Positions 19,884 to 30,265 of a DNA stretch of 64,000 bases are shown piece after piece. The DNA is from Kiritimatiellia bacterium. GTDB taxonomy: Bacteria > Verrucomicrobiota > Kiritimatiellia > UBA8416 > JADHWI01. A program made the translations under genes and the position numbers. The stretch is from NCBI GenBank assembly GCA_016783565.1, contig JADHWI010000002.1:39011-103010 (forward strand), written 5' to 3'. Numbering within the stretch: position 1 is the stretch's first letter; each line of letters starts with the position of its first letter. Under the pieces are notes generated by a model. That model did no database searches, was not told the origin of the DNA, and saw only the letters and a list, made by a program, of their open reading frames with translations.

Positions 19884-21317
19884 CTACGCAATTGCATCGC
19901 GCAAATAACTCTGCAACTCAGACACCGAGATGCGCTGCTGTTGCATGGAATCCCTTTCACGTACCGTCACGGTATCATCTTCCAGCGTATCAAAATCCAC
20001 GGTCACACCAAAGGGCGTGCCGATCTCATCCTGACGACGATAGCGACGGCCAATGGCACCAGTCTGATCCCAGAAGGTAGACCAGTTCTCGCGAGTCGCA
20101 TCAAACACCTCGCGTGCCTTGGCAACAAGCTCGGGCTTATTTTTCAGCAAGGGGAACACGGCCACCTTGATGGGTGCAATCCGCGGCTTAAACCGCAACA
20201 CGGTTCGCGCTTCGTATCCCTCCGGAGGCCGCTTCGCACCCGGCTCAGCCGGAATTACGCCCCCTTCGGTATCCCCTTTTGGTATCCATTCTTCCGCATA
20301 AGCATTGCAAAGCACTGCCAGGGCAATGCGATCAACACCAGCCGATGGCTCAACCACATGGGGCACAAATTTCTCATTCGTCTCCTGATCAAAATACTCC
20401 ATCGATTTCCCGCTGAATTTCTGATGCTGACTCAGATCAAAATTCCCGCGAGCCGCAATACCTTCAAGCTCCTGGCGACCAAACGGGAAATCGTAGGCCA
20501 CGTCCGTACAGGCAGAAGCATAATGAGCCAGCTTCTCTTTGGGATGCACATCCTTATGCAAGCTCTCCGCAGGCAGCCCAATTTCCTCATACCACTTCAG
20601 GCGTTCGTTAACCCAGTAGGCATGCCATTCCTCATCTGTGCCCGGCTTGATGAAAAACTCCAACTCCATTTGCTCGAACTCACGCGAACGAAACGTATAG
20701 TTACGCGGATTAATCTCGTTACGGAAAGCTTTGCCAATTTGGGCGATCCCGAACGGCACTTTCTGCCGGCTGGTTGACACGACATTCGCAAACTGCGCAA
20801 AAATCCCCTGCGCCGTTTCCGGGCGCAAGTATGCTACAGCCGATTCATCTTCAACCGGACCCACGTAAGTTTTAAACATAAGATTGAACTCACGCGGTTC
20901 GGTTAGATTGTTTGAACCACAGGCGGTACAGACGATACCCTCAGGAATCTCGTATCCCTTTTCCGTCTTAACCAACTCCTTGCCCTGTTCCTCGCACAGG
21001 CCATCGGCCTTGTAGCGCTTCTTGCAATCCTTACAATCCACCATGGGGTCAGCAAATCCACCCAAATGCCCCGATGCCTCCCAGACACGCGGATGCATGA
21101 TAATGGAGGCATCCAGGCCCACCACATCTTCACGAGAGGTCACCATGGTTTTCCACCAATGATCGCGAATATTGCGTTTCAATTCCGAGCCCAGGGGACC
21201 GTAATCCCAGAACCCATTGATCCCGCCGTAAATTTCTGAACTTTGAAAGATAAACCCTCGCCGTTTGCACAACGAAGCAAGGGATTCCAGTGCTGTGTGT
21301 TTATGATCTTTTTTCAT
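19884..21317 (-). CDS. glyQS: Glycine--tRNA ligase (homodimeric class II type)
   Basis: 477 aa. N-terminus ALESLASLCKRRGFIFQSSEIYGGINGFWDYGPLG is characteristic of GlyRS. Confidence 0.9.
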   Translation of the reverse strand: MKKDHKHTALESLASLCKRRGFIFQSSEIYGGINGFWDYGPLGSELKRNIRDHWWKTMVTSREDVVGLDASIIMHPRVWEASGHLGGFADPMVDCKDCKKRYKADGLCEEQGKELVKTEKGYEIPEGIVCTACGSNNLTEPREFNLMFKTYVGPVEDESAVAYLRPETAQGIFAQFANVVSTSRQKVPFGIAQIGKAFRNEINPRNYTFRSREFEQMELEFFIKPGTDEEWHAYWVNERLKWYEEIGLPAESLHKDVHPKEKLAHYASACTDVAYDFPFGRQELEGIAARGNFDLSQHQKFSGKSMEYFDQETNEKFVPHVVEPSAGVDRIALAVLCNAYAEEWIPKGDTEGGVIPAEPGAKRPPEGYEARTVLRFKPRIAPIKVAVFPLLKNKPELVAKAREVFDATRENWSTFWDQTGAIGRRYRRQDEIGTPFGVTVDFDTLEDDTVTVRERDSMQQQRISVSELQSYLRDAIA

Positions 21318-21507
21318 GGCGCGTTATCCTGAAAGACTTCCCCCGGTGAGTCAAGCGCCGTTCACACCATAATGCTACCTGTGTTTGCTGTTTCATGCGT
21401 CTGTAGCACCCCGTCAACGCCATGCCGAAGACAAAATGCACCGAATCAGCAGCAGCCGATGCGCAGCACATTCATCACCAAAAGACATCGACGTCTTTAC
21501 GAAACGA

Positions 21508-23232
21508 TCAAATGCGCTCTGGTGTCTCCAAACCAAGGAGATCCAGCCCTTGCTTCAGTACACGTGCCACAAGACCACAGAGCCGCACACGACTTTCACG
21601 CACCCCTTCAGGGGCTTTCAAGAAGGGTACATTCTGGTAAAAGGTACTGTACATCTGCGCGAGTTCATAGAGGTAGTCCGTCAAAGCACTCGGCTTGTAA
21701 GAATCCGCCGCCAGGATAACACTCTCGGAAAAACGCAGAATCTTAATCGCCAGCGCTCGCTCGATGGACTCCGTGAACTGCAACGGATATGCGGATGGAT
21801 CCGTCTCAGGAAATTGCACTTTATACTTGTCGTTGACGCTGGCAATTCGGGCATAGGCATACTGCAGATAGGGACCGGAGTTGCCATCCAGAGCAAGAGC
21901 CTTCTCCCAGGTAAATGTAACCAGGCTCTGTGGATTCTGGCTCAAATCCGCATACTTAACCGCACCGATTCCCACCGCGCGCGCCACGTCCTGCTGCTGT
22001 TCAGAAGGCATATCAGAACTGGATTCACGGACAAGATTCAGCGCAAGTTCCTCAGCCTTGTCCAGCAAGCTTTCCAACTTGATCACATTCCCTTCACGCG
22101 TGGAGAACGTAGCATCAGGAAGCCGCATAAGCCCGAACCATACATGATCCAAACGCGTGGTGATGCCCAATCGACGACAGATAGCAAACACCTGCTTAAA
22201 ATGGAGCTGCTGACGCTCATCGGTGATATAAATGATCCGTTCGGGCGAGAATTCATCAATTCGGCTGGCCACAGTAGCCAAATCCGTTGTGGCATAATTG
22301 AAGCCGCCATCACTCTTCCGGACAATCGCCAACGGAAGCTTCTCTTCTTCAAGATCCACCACCGTCGCCCCCTCACTGATACGCGTGAGGCCTTCTGCCT
22401 CCAATCGCTCAACAATCGGTTTAAGCTTGTTACGGTAATGACTCTCACCCCGCACCATATCAAACGACACGTTAAGCCTGGCATAAACACGCTCAAGCTC
22501 TTCAATGCTCCAACGCGTAAAATCCTCCCACAGAGCAAGTGTTTCAGGGTCTCCCGACTGTAGCTTAACCAGTTCCTGGCGACACGCATCCAACCACTCG
22601 GAATCTTCCTTCGTCTTCTCATAACTCTTAACGTAGACGCGCTCAAGCTCCTCAAGCGGATATTCACGCATCTTTTGCTTATCCCCAAAATGCCGATAAC
22701 CAAGGATCGTGATACCAAACTGTGTTCCCCAGTCACCAAGATGATTGTCTGCCACAACATGGTAGCCCAAAAAACGATGCACCCGGTCCAACGCACTGCC
22801 AATATTGTGCGAGCGCAGATGCCCGATGTGCAACGGTTTGGTGATGTTAGGAGACCCATAGTCCATCACGATGGTGGTCCCCTCGCCTTGGCGAGGTACT
22901 CCCAACCGCTCATCATCAGCCAACGACGCCATCCATTCCGCCAGCCACTGATCATCCAATGAAATATTGATAAACCCGGGGCCCGCCACTTCGAGAGCTC
23001 GGACACAATCCGGTTTCTCTACCGCAGACACAAACGTCTCGGCAATCTGTCGAGGTGCCTGTTTGAGCACCTTTGCCAGTCGCATACAATCATTACACTG
23101 ATAATCACCGTGTTCAGGTCGAGCGGAAGCCACAACAGTGACGCGCCCAATCTGTTCTACATCTTGTGAGAACACGGTCTCGAAAGCTGTCTGTATCCAT
23201 TCAGACAACAGGTCGTTTAATGCTTGTGCCAT
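21508..23232 (-). CDS. argS: Arginine--tRNA ligase
   Basis: 574 aa. HIGH motif in PNITKPLHIGHLRSHNIGSALDR. ArgRS N-terminal Add-1 and DALR anticodon-binding regions. Confidence 0.9.
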   Translation of the reverse strand: MAQALNDLLSEWIQTAFETVFSQDVEQIGRVTVVASARPEHGDYQCNDCMRLAKVLKQAPRQIAETFVSAVEKPDCVRALEVAGPGFINISLDDQWLAEWMASLADDERLGVPRQGEGTTIVMDYGSPNITKPLHIGHLRSHNIGSALDRVHRFLGYHVVADNHLGDWGTQFGITILGYRHFGDKQKMREYPLEELERVYVKSYEKTKEDSEWLDACRQELVKLQSGDPETLALWEDFTRWSIEELERVYARLNVSFDMVRGESHYRNKLKPIVERLEAEGLTRISEGATVVDLEEEKLPLAIVRKSDGGFNYATTDLATVASRIDEFSPERIIYITDERQQLHFKQVFAICRRLGITTRLDHVWFGLMRLPDATFSTREGNVIKLESLLDKAEELALNLVRESSSDMPSEQQQDVARAVGIGAVKYADLSQNPQSLVTFTWEKALALDGNSGPYLQYAYARIASVNDKYKVQFPETDPSAYPLQFTESIERALAIKILRFSESVILAADSYKPSALTDYLYELAQMYSTFYQNVPFLKAPEGVRESRVRLCGLVARVLKQGLDLLGLETPERI

Positions 23233-23313
23233 GTCAGTATTCCTACAGTTACTTTTTCTGTTTAAGGCACGGGGATATACCGCATGAGAGAGCCGGAAAC
23301 AAGCGAATAGCTT

Positions 23314-23874
23314 TTAATTTGCCTGTGCGGAAAATTTCCGACGCACCAGCGCATTGACCGTCTCAATGATTTGCCCGTCATCAAACGGCTTCTGAAGAAA
23401 AGCCCAATTTTTTCCAGGAAGCAACGTTTGCACATAATCCCGACAGAAACCGGACATCACCAACGCAGCCGCATCGGGGCAGGTTTCTGAAAGTCTTTCC
23501 ATCAGCTTGGCGCTGCCCTTTCCCGGCATCACCGCGTCTAACAACACCAACGCCACCCCCTCTGCACCCTTATCCAAAAGCCGTAGCCCATCATTATGAT
23601 GGGGGACCGCCTCCACCACATACCCCACCTGCTTAAGCGCCGATTGAATCATAGTCAGGGTTTCAATGTCATCGTCCACAACAAGAACCCTGCCATTCTC
23701 TACCAATCGACTTGCCTCCACACTATCCTGCTTCAGATGCTCTTTACCCGACACCGGCAAGGAAAGCCGCAACCCGCTACCCTGATCGGACTCAATCATT
23801 TTTGCGAACCCACCCCAGCCCTTGACGCGACTCTGCACCAACGCAATCTGCATGCCGGGGGGGGGCATCTGCAA
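23314..23874 (-). CDS. Hybrid sensor histidine kinase, C-terminal part (HATPase G2 box + receiver domain), in the other frame after the C9 tract
   Basis: Starts at a TTG within the overlap. Contains DQGSGLRLSL (G2 box) then REC (RVLVVDDDIETL…). Overlaps the upstream ORF by 83 nt. Confidence 0.6.
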   Translation of the reverse strand: MQMPPPGMQIALVQSRVKGWGGFAKMIESDQGSGLRLSLPVSGKEHLKQDSVEASRLVENGRVLVVDDDIETLTMIQSALKQVGYVVEAVPHHNDGLRLLDKGAEGVALVLLDAVMPGKGSAKLMERLSETCPDAAALVMSGFCRDYVQTLLPGKNWAFLQKPFDDGQIIETVNALVRRKFSAQAN

Positions 23875-24997
23875 GGGCCGGAATATGTTCTACACCGGCT
23901 GGACGCAATACTTTGTCGACCAATAACTCAACAGACTCAATACCGGCATAAAGAATATCCACAAACACAAAACGACCCAAATCGGCAGCAGCCCCGGCAC
24001 CATGGACGCCAATAGGTTCCGAGATGACCAGGTGTACCTCCCCACCTTCCGGAAGTGCCGACGGGGCGTTGGACAGTACCCGCCCAACAATCTCTCCCAG
24101 TTGTTCGCAATCTACTCTCACGCTGGAGGCTCCGCCACCCTCCATAATCCGAATCATAATCCCCTGATCCGAAAGACCATCTTTGTGCCGGTTGACCAGG
24201 CGACGCAACAACTTCGAGGGTTCAATCTTTTCAATCTGAGGCGATCGCCCCCCCATCGTCCGCGCCAAACTTGCTAAATCAGATGAAAGCGTATCCGCAT
24301 GATCTGCGGCTTCAATAATGCGGTCGCAACGCTCCTGATGTTGATGCCCATTAGGGTGCGGAGTGGCAATGCTCGCCGCGGTTTCACGAATACCACCAAT
24401 CAATCCCTTGACCTTATCCGCCACGCTATCAACAAAAGCGCAAACAGTCTCCAGATGATTTCCCTCACGCAGTGTTTGCTCTGCACGTTCCCGTCGCCCT
24501 GTCTCGATGTGGAGCTGCTGCTGTACCCGGGTCAACTCACTCGTACGCTGATTGATAAGAGATTCCATTTCACGGTAGGCCGTCTGAATTTTATCATGTG
24601 CCCGCAACCGCTCAATCGCATAAATAATAGACCGTGTCAGCAGTTGCGTGCTCAAATCCCCTTTGATCAAATAATCCTGCGCCCCGGCATGTACCGCCTT
24701 CGTCCCCAGCTCTTCGTCCTGAACGCCTGTGAGCAACACGATCGGCACATCCGGCACATGAGCACGAACTCTGGTAAACGTTTCCCATCCAAACGAATCC
24801 GGCAAAGACAGGTCCAGCAAAATGGCATCCACAGAAGAGTCGTTCAAGTAATTCAGTGCCGATTCCAGACGGTCCGCCCACGAAACTTCAAAGCGATGCG
24901 ACCGAGCCTCACTAAGAAGATGACGAGTAAAAACGTAGTCGTCCTCATCATCCTCTACCAACAATAAGTGTATCACTGACTCTGTCACTGAACGCAT
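23792..24997 (-). CDS. Hybrid sensor histidine kinase, N-terminal part (REC - coiled coil/HisKA - start of HATPase); frame ends after a C9 tract
   Basis: N-terminal receiver (LLLVEDDEDD…D at the phospho-acceptor position), then dimerisation region, then the ATPase domain up to the F-box (GRFVFVDILYAG). Confidence 0.65.
   Translation of the reverse strand: MRSVTESVIHLLLVEDDEDDYVFTRHLLSEARSHRFEVSWADRLESALNYLNDSSVDAILLDLSLPDSFGWETFTRVRAHVPDVPIVLLTGVQDEELGTKAVHAGAQDYLIKGDLSTQLLTRSIIYAIERLRAHDKIQTAYREMESLINQRTSELTRVQQQLHIETGRRERAEQTLREGNHLETVCAFVDSVADKVKGLIGGIRETAASIATPHPNGHQHQERCDRIIEAADHADTLSSDLASLARTMGGRSPQIEKIEPSKLLRRLVNRHKDGLSDQGIMIRIMEGGGASSVRVDCEQLGEIVGRVLSNAPSALPEGGEVHLVISEPIGVHGAGAAADLGRFVFVDILYAGIESVELLVDKVLRPAGVEHIPALADAPPRHADCVGAESRQGLGWVRKND
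23857..23865 (-). repeat. Homopolymeric C9 tract (G9 on + strand) inside the hybrid kinase coding sequence
   Basis: Directly visible as catgccGGGGGGGGGcatc. Encodes PPP in the downstream frame and sits in the 83-nt overlap of the two ORFs. Confidence 0.9.
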
Positions 24998-25147
24998 CCC
25001 TTACCTGAACTCATTAACTCACACTCCGCCAAAGCCACTATACGCCCGAGACACTCATCTTGCAACGGCTATTGAGGCCATTTTTGACGTGCTGTGCCCG
25101 CACGGCCGTGCTAAAGTTGCAAACCAAATTGTTTCGTTGGAGGATTT

Positions 25148-28100
25148 ATGTTGGATCAAGTGGACGTACCAAATATTAACACCCAGGAAACCCGCTTCTT
25201 TCGTCGGCTGGATTGGAGCGCATTCTGGACTTCATGCGTTCTAACATTCGCCGTTTATTTCTACACGATGTGCCCAACCGTTGGCCTGGAAGACTCTGGT
25301 GAACTGGCCGTGGCCGGCGATTACCTGGGAGTCCCCCACCCTCCGGGCTACCCAATCTGGACTATTATCTCCTGGATTTTCACCAAAATCTTCAGCTTTG
25401 TGAAATTTCGAGGACAGCCCAACCCGGCATGGGGCGTTACACTGGTATCCGTATTCTTCGGCGCACTGGCTTCCGGCATCACATCCATGCTGATCTGTCG
25501 TTCAGGATCAGACTTGCTCGCTGAATCGCGCGCAGACAGCCATACCACAAATCGACGCACGGACAACCTGATTGCCTGGACCGGCGGTGTCGTCGCCAGC
25601 CTCATGTTCTCGCTCAGTCCCGTCATGTGGTCTCAATCTGTTATCGTAGAAGTCTATAGCCTCAATGCATTCTTTCTGATGCTGGTCTTTTTGCTTTCTT
25701 ATACATGGATGCGTCGCCCCACGCCCAAATTGCTCTATCTTACCGCGTTCGTCTTCGGTCTTGGACTCACAAATTACCAGGTGCTGCTGCTCGCGGCATT
25801 GGCCCTGATGGTCATTATTATGTTGCGAGATATTGACCTGTTCCGCGACATGTTGATTGTCGGTATTGTTTTCGTTGTGACCATCGCCATCATCAAAACA
25901 GCCAGTATCCGCCCGACACCAGGTTTTCCCAAGCATGCCGCACTGGCAGACCCGGCACTTCGCTATATCACCCGCCATACCCCACTCCTCCTTCCTCTGA
26001 AGACATACATCAATATCCTCCTCTCCTTAACGTTCACGGTGGTCTCATGCATCGTGGCACGCCAAACATGGAAACCTCAAAAATGGCCTGTCGCTCCGCT
26101 TTGTTGCGTAGGCATTGGCATCGTCATACTGCTGGGACTGCTTTCTAACGTTCCGGAAGCAACCCCCATCCCGCCACGCCCCAATCAAGAGGTGTTTACC
26201 TGGGGAAGCTACGGCCTGGGGTTCCTTATTGCCATGGGCGCCCTGACGCTACTTTGTTGGTCCCTGCCGCGCGGACACATGCTCGCCATCGCATTTATTT
26301 CCATCGAAGTAACTCTGGCAGTCCTCCTTTACCGGGGAGCCCTGCTTAGCCTGCACCATCCCACATCCTACTGGTTTGCATTCTATGTATTTTTGAATTT
26401 TGTCTTTCTGGGTCTGGCATTCGCCTTTCTCCCCAATGGACGCACCGTCACGTTGTCCATCCTCGCCGTCGAATTAGGCATTCTGTTTTATGTCTACATG
26501 CCGATTGTTTCGGAACTGCGAAATCCTCCCATGAACTGGGGATACCCCCGAACATGGGAAGGCTTCAAGCATGCCGTCACTCGCGGCCAGTACGAGAAGA
26601 TCGCGCCCGCCAATGTATTCTCCGCACGATTCTTCGATCAAATCGGCGCCTATCTGACAGAACTGCGCGAACAGTTCACATTGCCCGTTGCGCTCCTGGG
26701 CTTCCTGCCATTCACTATCTGGGAAGTCCGTCTCGGAAAACATCGCTTCAAATCTCTGAACATCGCCATCGGCCTGGCGCTCACCGCAACGAGTTTTATC
26801 TTCATTCAAAAGCTGCTTTTCCCCGAAAGCACCCTTTTAACCACCATCTACAAATTCTTCATTCTGGGCATCATCCTTTTACTCAGTGCAGGAGGCCTGA
26901 CCCTGTTTGTCAGCCAGGGCCGCGAACTGGTGCTGAAACTTCCCGGCAATGCCAGCACCCGCAAACCAGAGCGAATCACCACCGCACTGGTCCTACTGGG
27001 AATACTGATGGTGCTGTTCCTGTATCTCACCATGATGATCTTTAACATTATAGAAATTACCTCGCCTTTGCGCGAAAGCACTCCCCTCGTGGAGGGTCAA
27101 TTCGGCTCAATTGTTCAACGCACATTGGGAACCGTCACCCTTATGCTGGCACCACTTGCCGCCATCGCATTGACCTCATGGCTCATGGGCAGCCGACACA
27201 AACTGCGTGTAATCATCGATCACAGCTCTCAGCAATGGGTCATCGCCACACTCTTCGGCTTCCTGGCCATGAGCATCGTATTAATCGCCCTGGCCAATCC
27301 CAAAGGCGACATTCAAGACAGCTTTATTCAACGCGTAAAATTCATTTCCTCACACGGACTCTATGCACTGTGGATCGGCTACGGGTTAATCTTCGGCCTG
27401 GCATTCGTGGATACTGTTTTCCGAAAGAATCCCGGCATTCGAGCCCTCAGCATCGGCACCGCTTTGCTCCTGCCCATCATCCCATTACAGCAGAACGCAG
27501 CGAACCCGGAACTGATTCGCAAAGTAGGCGGCGCAGAGCAGAACGGTCACGACTTCGGCTGGCAATTTGGCAACTATCAACTCCGCGGAGCAGACGCCAT
27601 TACCGAAGAACTCGAACCGGACGAAGAACCGCTGCCCAATCCGCTGTACCCGCCAGAGATGACACAAGATGCCATTTTCTTCGGAGGAACAGATCCCGGG
27701 CGTTTTGTGCCCACCTACATGATTTACTCTGCGCGAGTCAGGGAGGATGTATCACTCATCACGCAGAACGCCCTTGCAGACAACACGTATATGAGCGTCA
27801 TGCGCGATTTATACGGTGACCAAATCTGGATTCCAGCACAACCCGACAGCGCCCGTGCATTTCAGCGTTATGTGGACGAAGTAAAAACCGGCAAGCGGCA
27901 GAAAAACGCTGAACTCAAAATCGAGGGTGGGCGGGTACAAGTCAGCGGCGCATTGGGCGTCATGGAGATCAACGGGATTCTCGCCCAGATGATCTTTGAG
28001 TACAATAATTACAAACACGACTTCTACGTTGAGGAAAGCTATGTCATCCCCTGGATGTATCCGTACCTCACCCCTCACGGCTTGATTATGAAAATCAACC

Positions 28101-29107
28101 AGAAAACAGGAAAAATCTCACCGGAAATAATCCGTGACGATCAAGACTTCTGGGATTGGTACACACGACGCTTAACCAGTGACAACCGTTTCCTGCGCGA
28201 CGTCGTCGCCCGCAAGTCCTTCTCGAAGCTACGCAGCGCCATTGCAGGACTCTACAGCAACAGAAACCACCGGCCTGCGGCCGAAGAAGCTTACCAGCAG
28301 GCGCGCATTCTATACCCCCTCAGCCCGGAGGCAAACTTCCGGCTGGCACAGGAAGTCTTCATGCGCCAACACCGTTTCGATGAGGCCAAAGATCTGATGA
28401 ACATTCTGGCAATAGAAGACCCCGGCAACAGACGCATTCCAAGCTTCCTCACCCAAATCAACAACATCGAATCTTTGACTCAGCGTATTCAAGCATTGGA
28501 AAAGCGACGCAAGGACGGCAAAATGGACCTGGCATCGGCCCTACAGCTTGGCGATCTCTACCTGCAGGCACGCCAGAGAGGGCTCACAATACAACTCTGC
28601 AAACAAATCTTGTCAAGCAAGGGCATCGACCCGCGCAGCCTGCTTAAAGTTGCAGAACTGCTTCAAAAAGCAGAAGCCAAAAACGTTATGGATCAAGCCT
28701 TGCAACGTGTCATGAAAGAACGCCCCAAGAACCTGCCGCCTGAGGCACTGCTGAATATCGCGCAAATGTATGCAAAGGCCAACATGCCGAAACCCATGAG
28801 CGGCGTCATGACTGAATACCTGAAACTGCGCCCTTCGGATTGGAAAGGGTGGCTCGACCAGTCAGGCTTGCTCCTTTACCTAAAGAAGAATGAAGCCGCC
28901 ATTACAGCACTGGAAAAGGCCATTCGCCTGGGTGGTCAACAAGCCCTGGCCATCATCAAAAAAGATCCTCGTTTCACATCCATTCGAAACCAGGCAATCG
29001 AACGTTCAAATGCCCGTATCGGAGTTCCTTCGGCACAAAAATCCACCACCATTCCTGGATTACTCAATAATCGACGCCCCGTGGCTCCATCCGCCCCTCG
29101 GCGTTAA
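25148..29107 (+). CDS. Large polytopic membrane protein, DUF2723 / GT-C-like N-terminal domain with C-terminal TPR-like repeats
   Basis: 1319 aa. More than 20 TM segments in the N-terminal ~650 aa, followed by a soluble helical-repeat C-terminus. Confidence 0.7.
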   Translation: MLDQVDVPNINTQETRFFRRLDWSAFWTSCVLTFAVYFYTMCPTVGLEDSGELAVAGDYLGVPHPPGYPIWTIISWIFTKIFSFVKFRGQPNPAWGVTLVSVFFGALASGITSMLICRSGSDLLAESRADSHTTNRRTDNLIAWTGGVVASLMFSLSPVMWSQSVIVEVYSLNAFFLMLVFLLSYTWMRRPTPKLLYLTAFVFGLGLTNYQVLLLAALALMVIIMLRDIDLFRDMLIVGIVFVVTIAIIKTASIRPTPGFPKHAALADPALRYITRHTPLLLPLKTYINILLSLTFTVVSCIVARQTWKPQKWPVAPLCCVGIGIVILLGLLSNVPEATPIPPRPNQEVFTWGSYGLGFLIAMGALTLLCWSLPRGHMLAIAFISIEVTLAVLLYRGALLSLHHPTSYWFAFYVFLNFVFLGLAFAFLPNGRTVTLSILAVELGILFYVYMPIVSELRNPPMNWGYPRTWEGFKHAVTRGQYEKIAPANVFSARFFDQIGAYLTELREQFTLPVALLGFLPFTIWEVRLGKHRFKSLNIAIGLALTATSFIFIQKLLFPESTLLTTIYKFFILGIILLLSAGGLTLFVSQGRELVLKLPGNASTRKPERITTALVLLGILMVLFLYLTMMIFNIIEITSPLRESTPLVEGQFGSIVQRTLGTVTLMLAPLAAIALTSWLMGSRHKLRVIIDHSSQQWVIATLFGFLAMSIVLIALANPKGDIQDSFIQRVKFISSHGLYALWIGYGLIFGLAFVDTVFRKNPGIRALSIGTALLLPIIPLQQNAANPELIRKVGGAEQNGHDFGWQFGNYQLRGADAITEELEPDEEPLPNPLYPPEMTQDAIFFGGTDPGRFVPTYMIYSARVREDVSLITQNALADNTYMSVMRDLYGDQIWIPAQPDSARAFQRYVDEVKTGKRQKNAELKIEGGRVQVSGALGVMEINGILAQMIFEYNNYKHDFYVEESYVIPWMYPYLTPHGLIMKINQKTGKISPEIIRDDQDFWDWYTRRLTSDNRFLRDVVARKSFSKLRSAIAGLYSNRNHRPAAEEAYQQARILYPLSPEANFRLAQEVFMRQHRFDEAKDLMNILAIEDPGNRRIPSFLTQINNIESLTQRIQALEKRRKDGKMDLASALQLGDLYLQARQRGLTIQLCKQILSSKGIDPRSLLKVAELLQKAEAKNVMDQALQRVMKERPKNLPPEALLNIAQMYAKANMPKPMSGVMTEYLKLRPSDWKGWLDQSGLLLYLKKNEAAITALEKAIRLGGQQALAIIKKDPRFTSIRNQAIERSNARIGVPSAQKSTTIPGLLNNRRPVAPSAPRR

Positions 29108-29119
29108 CACCCAGCGCTC

Positions 29120-29467
29120 CTAAGCGGAAAAGATAATAGCATCACCCGGAGCCAACGGTGAATGGTCGAGCCATCCGGCGGAAAACTCTAACGTGGCTTT
29201 TGTGCGCAAATTCCCCCATACCATCCGCCACGGTTTCACGTTCGCCACGGTACGCGTCACGCAATTTTCAGCGTCGAGAAACACGACATCAATCGCAAAT
29301 TGCATGCCCCAGGTATGAACAGCCCGACAGGGCCTGAGTAACATGGCATGATCGATCGGCAGTGATGTGCGGCCCAATAATCCACGCATCCGTTCAGCAT
29401 GCGTGGTTGCCACAAGGACCTGCCCATCGACAGCATGCCCGCGCACGATCATCCGAACCGTCTTCAC
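29120..29467 (-). CDS. DUF192 domain protein
   Basis: 115 aa. GHAVDGQVLVATTHAERMRGLLGR…VVFLD matches the DUF192 (COG1430) pattern. Confidence 0.7.
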   Translation of the reverse strand: MKTVRMIVRGHAVDGQVLVATTHAERMRGLLGRTSLPIDHAMLLRPCRAVHTWGMQFAIDVVFLDAENCVTRTVANVKPWRMVWGNLRTKATLEFSAGWLDHSPLAPGDAIIFSA

Positions 29468-29646
29468 TTCAGCAATAACCCGATGGTCACACCAATCGAA
29501 ACGAAAACAAGAAAAGCAATCGACTTTATCGTGGAAATGGCCACCTTGGGAAGAATCGTAATATCAACCGATCCACGCGAATTAAGAATCAGGATAATCA
29601 CAGAAATCGCAATCAACAACAAAGCCCATAATAAACGCTTACTCAT
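29464..29646 (-). CDS. Small two-TM membrane protein
   Basis: 60 aa and hydrophobic. Strong SD GGAGA 8 nt upstream of the ATG. 4-nt overlap with the downstream DUF192 gene. Confidence 0.45.
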   Translation of the reverse strand: MSKRLLWALLLIAISVIILILNSRGSVDITILPKVAISTIKSIAFLVFVSIGVTIGLLLK

Positions 29647-29658
29647 TCCGATTATCTC

Positions 29659-30213
29659 CTATTGTGCGGCATCCACGCACAACGACACTGCCGCCATGAT
29701 CTCATCCAAAGAAGCCAGTCGGCCACGACCCTGGTAACCACAAGCCAAATCGCCAGATCCCACGTCAACAAAACGCACACCACGGGAACGCAACGTTTCC
29801 ACATTCGCCTGCGTCGCAGGATGATCCCACATCTTGACATTCATGGCCGGAGCCACAAGCACCTGCGCCTCCGTGGCCAGGGCCGTGCAGCTCAACAAAT
29901 CATCAGCCAATCCACAAGCCAGTTTGGCAAGCATATGTGCCGTGCAAGGCGCAATAATCAACAAATCGGCCTTGTCCGCCAACGAAATATGCTCGGGTTG
30001 CCATTCTGTTGTTTCCGGAAACATGTCAATACCCACGGGGTTCCGGGAAAGCGTGCGAAACGTCACCTCACCCACAAACTCCAGCGCATCCCGGGTCATA
30101 ATCACCGAAACATCCCAATCCTGTTGCTTCATGAGCCGAACCAACTCGGCGGCTTTGTAAGCAGCAATTGAACCTGTAACGCCCAAAACAATCTGTATCT
30201 TCTTTTTCATCAT
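29659..30213 (-). CDS. coaC: Phosphopantothenoylcysteine decarboxylase-type flavoprotein (stand-alone CoaC domain)
   Basis: 184 aa. Contains GVTGSIAAYK, PAMN..M and CGY.G.GR motifs of the flavoprotein family. No CoaB domain is attached. Confidence 0.7.
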   Translation of the reverse strand: MMKKKIQIVLGVTGSIAAYKAAELVRLMKQQDWDVSVIMTRDALEFVGEVTFRTLSRNPVGIDMFPETTEWQPEHISLADKADLLIIAPCTAHMLAKLACGLADDLLSCTALATEAQVLVAPAMNVKMWDHPATQANVETLRSRGVRFVDVGSGDLACGYQGRGRLASLDEIMAAVSLCVDAAQ

Positions 30214-30265
30214 GGTTATTAGAGCAGCATGCTCCCCGTACTGAAGTCAAGCGATTCTCGTCGGA

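Noticed and set aside
19800-20777. 325-aa ORF on the + strand
   Set aside because: Antisense to glyQS; His/Arg-rich low-complexity translation, no RBS or domain support.
21481-21500. Possible intrinsic terminator of argS (AAGAC-ATCGAC-GTCTT + TTTTGG on the minus strand)
   Set aside because: The stem is only 5 bp and the U-tract is short; too weak to call.
21385-22563. 392-aa ORF on the + strand
   Set aside because: Lies entirely antisense to argS, which has unmistakable synthetase motifs. It is a typical long spurious antisense ORF in GC-rich DNA and has no recognisable domains.
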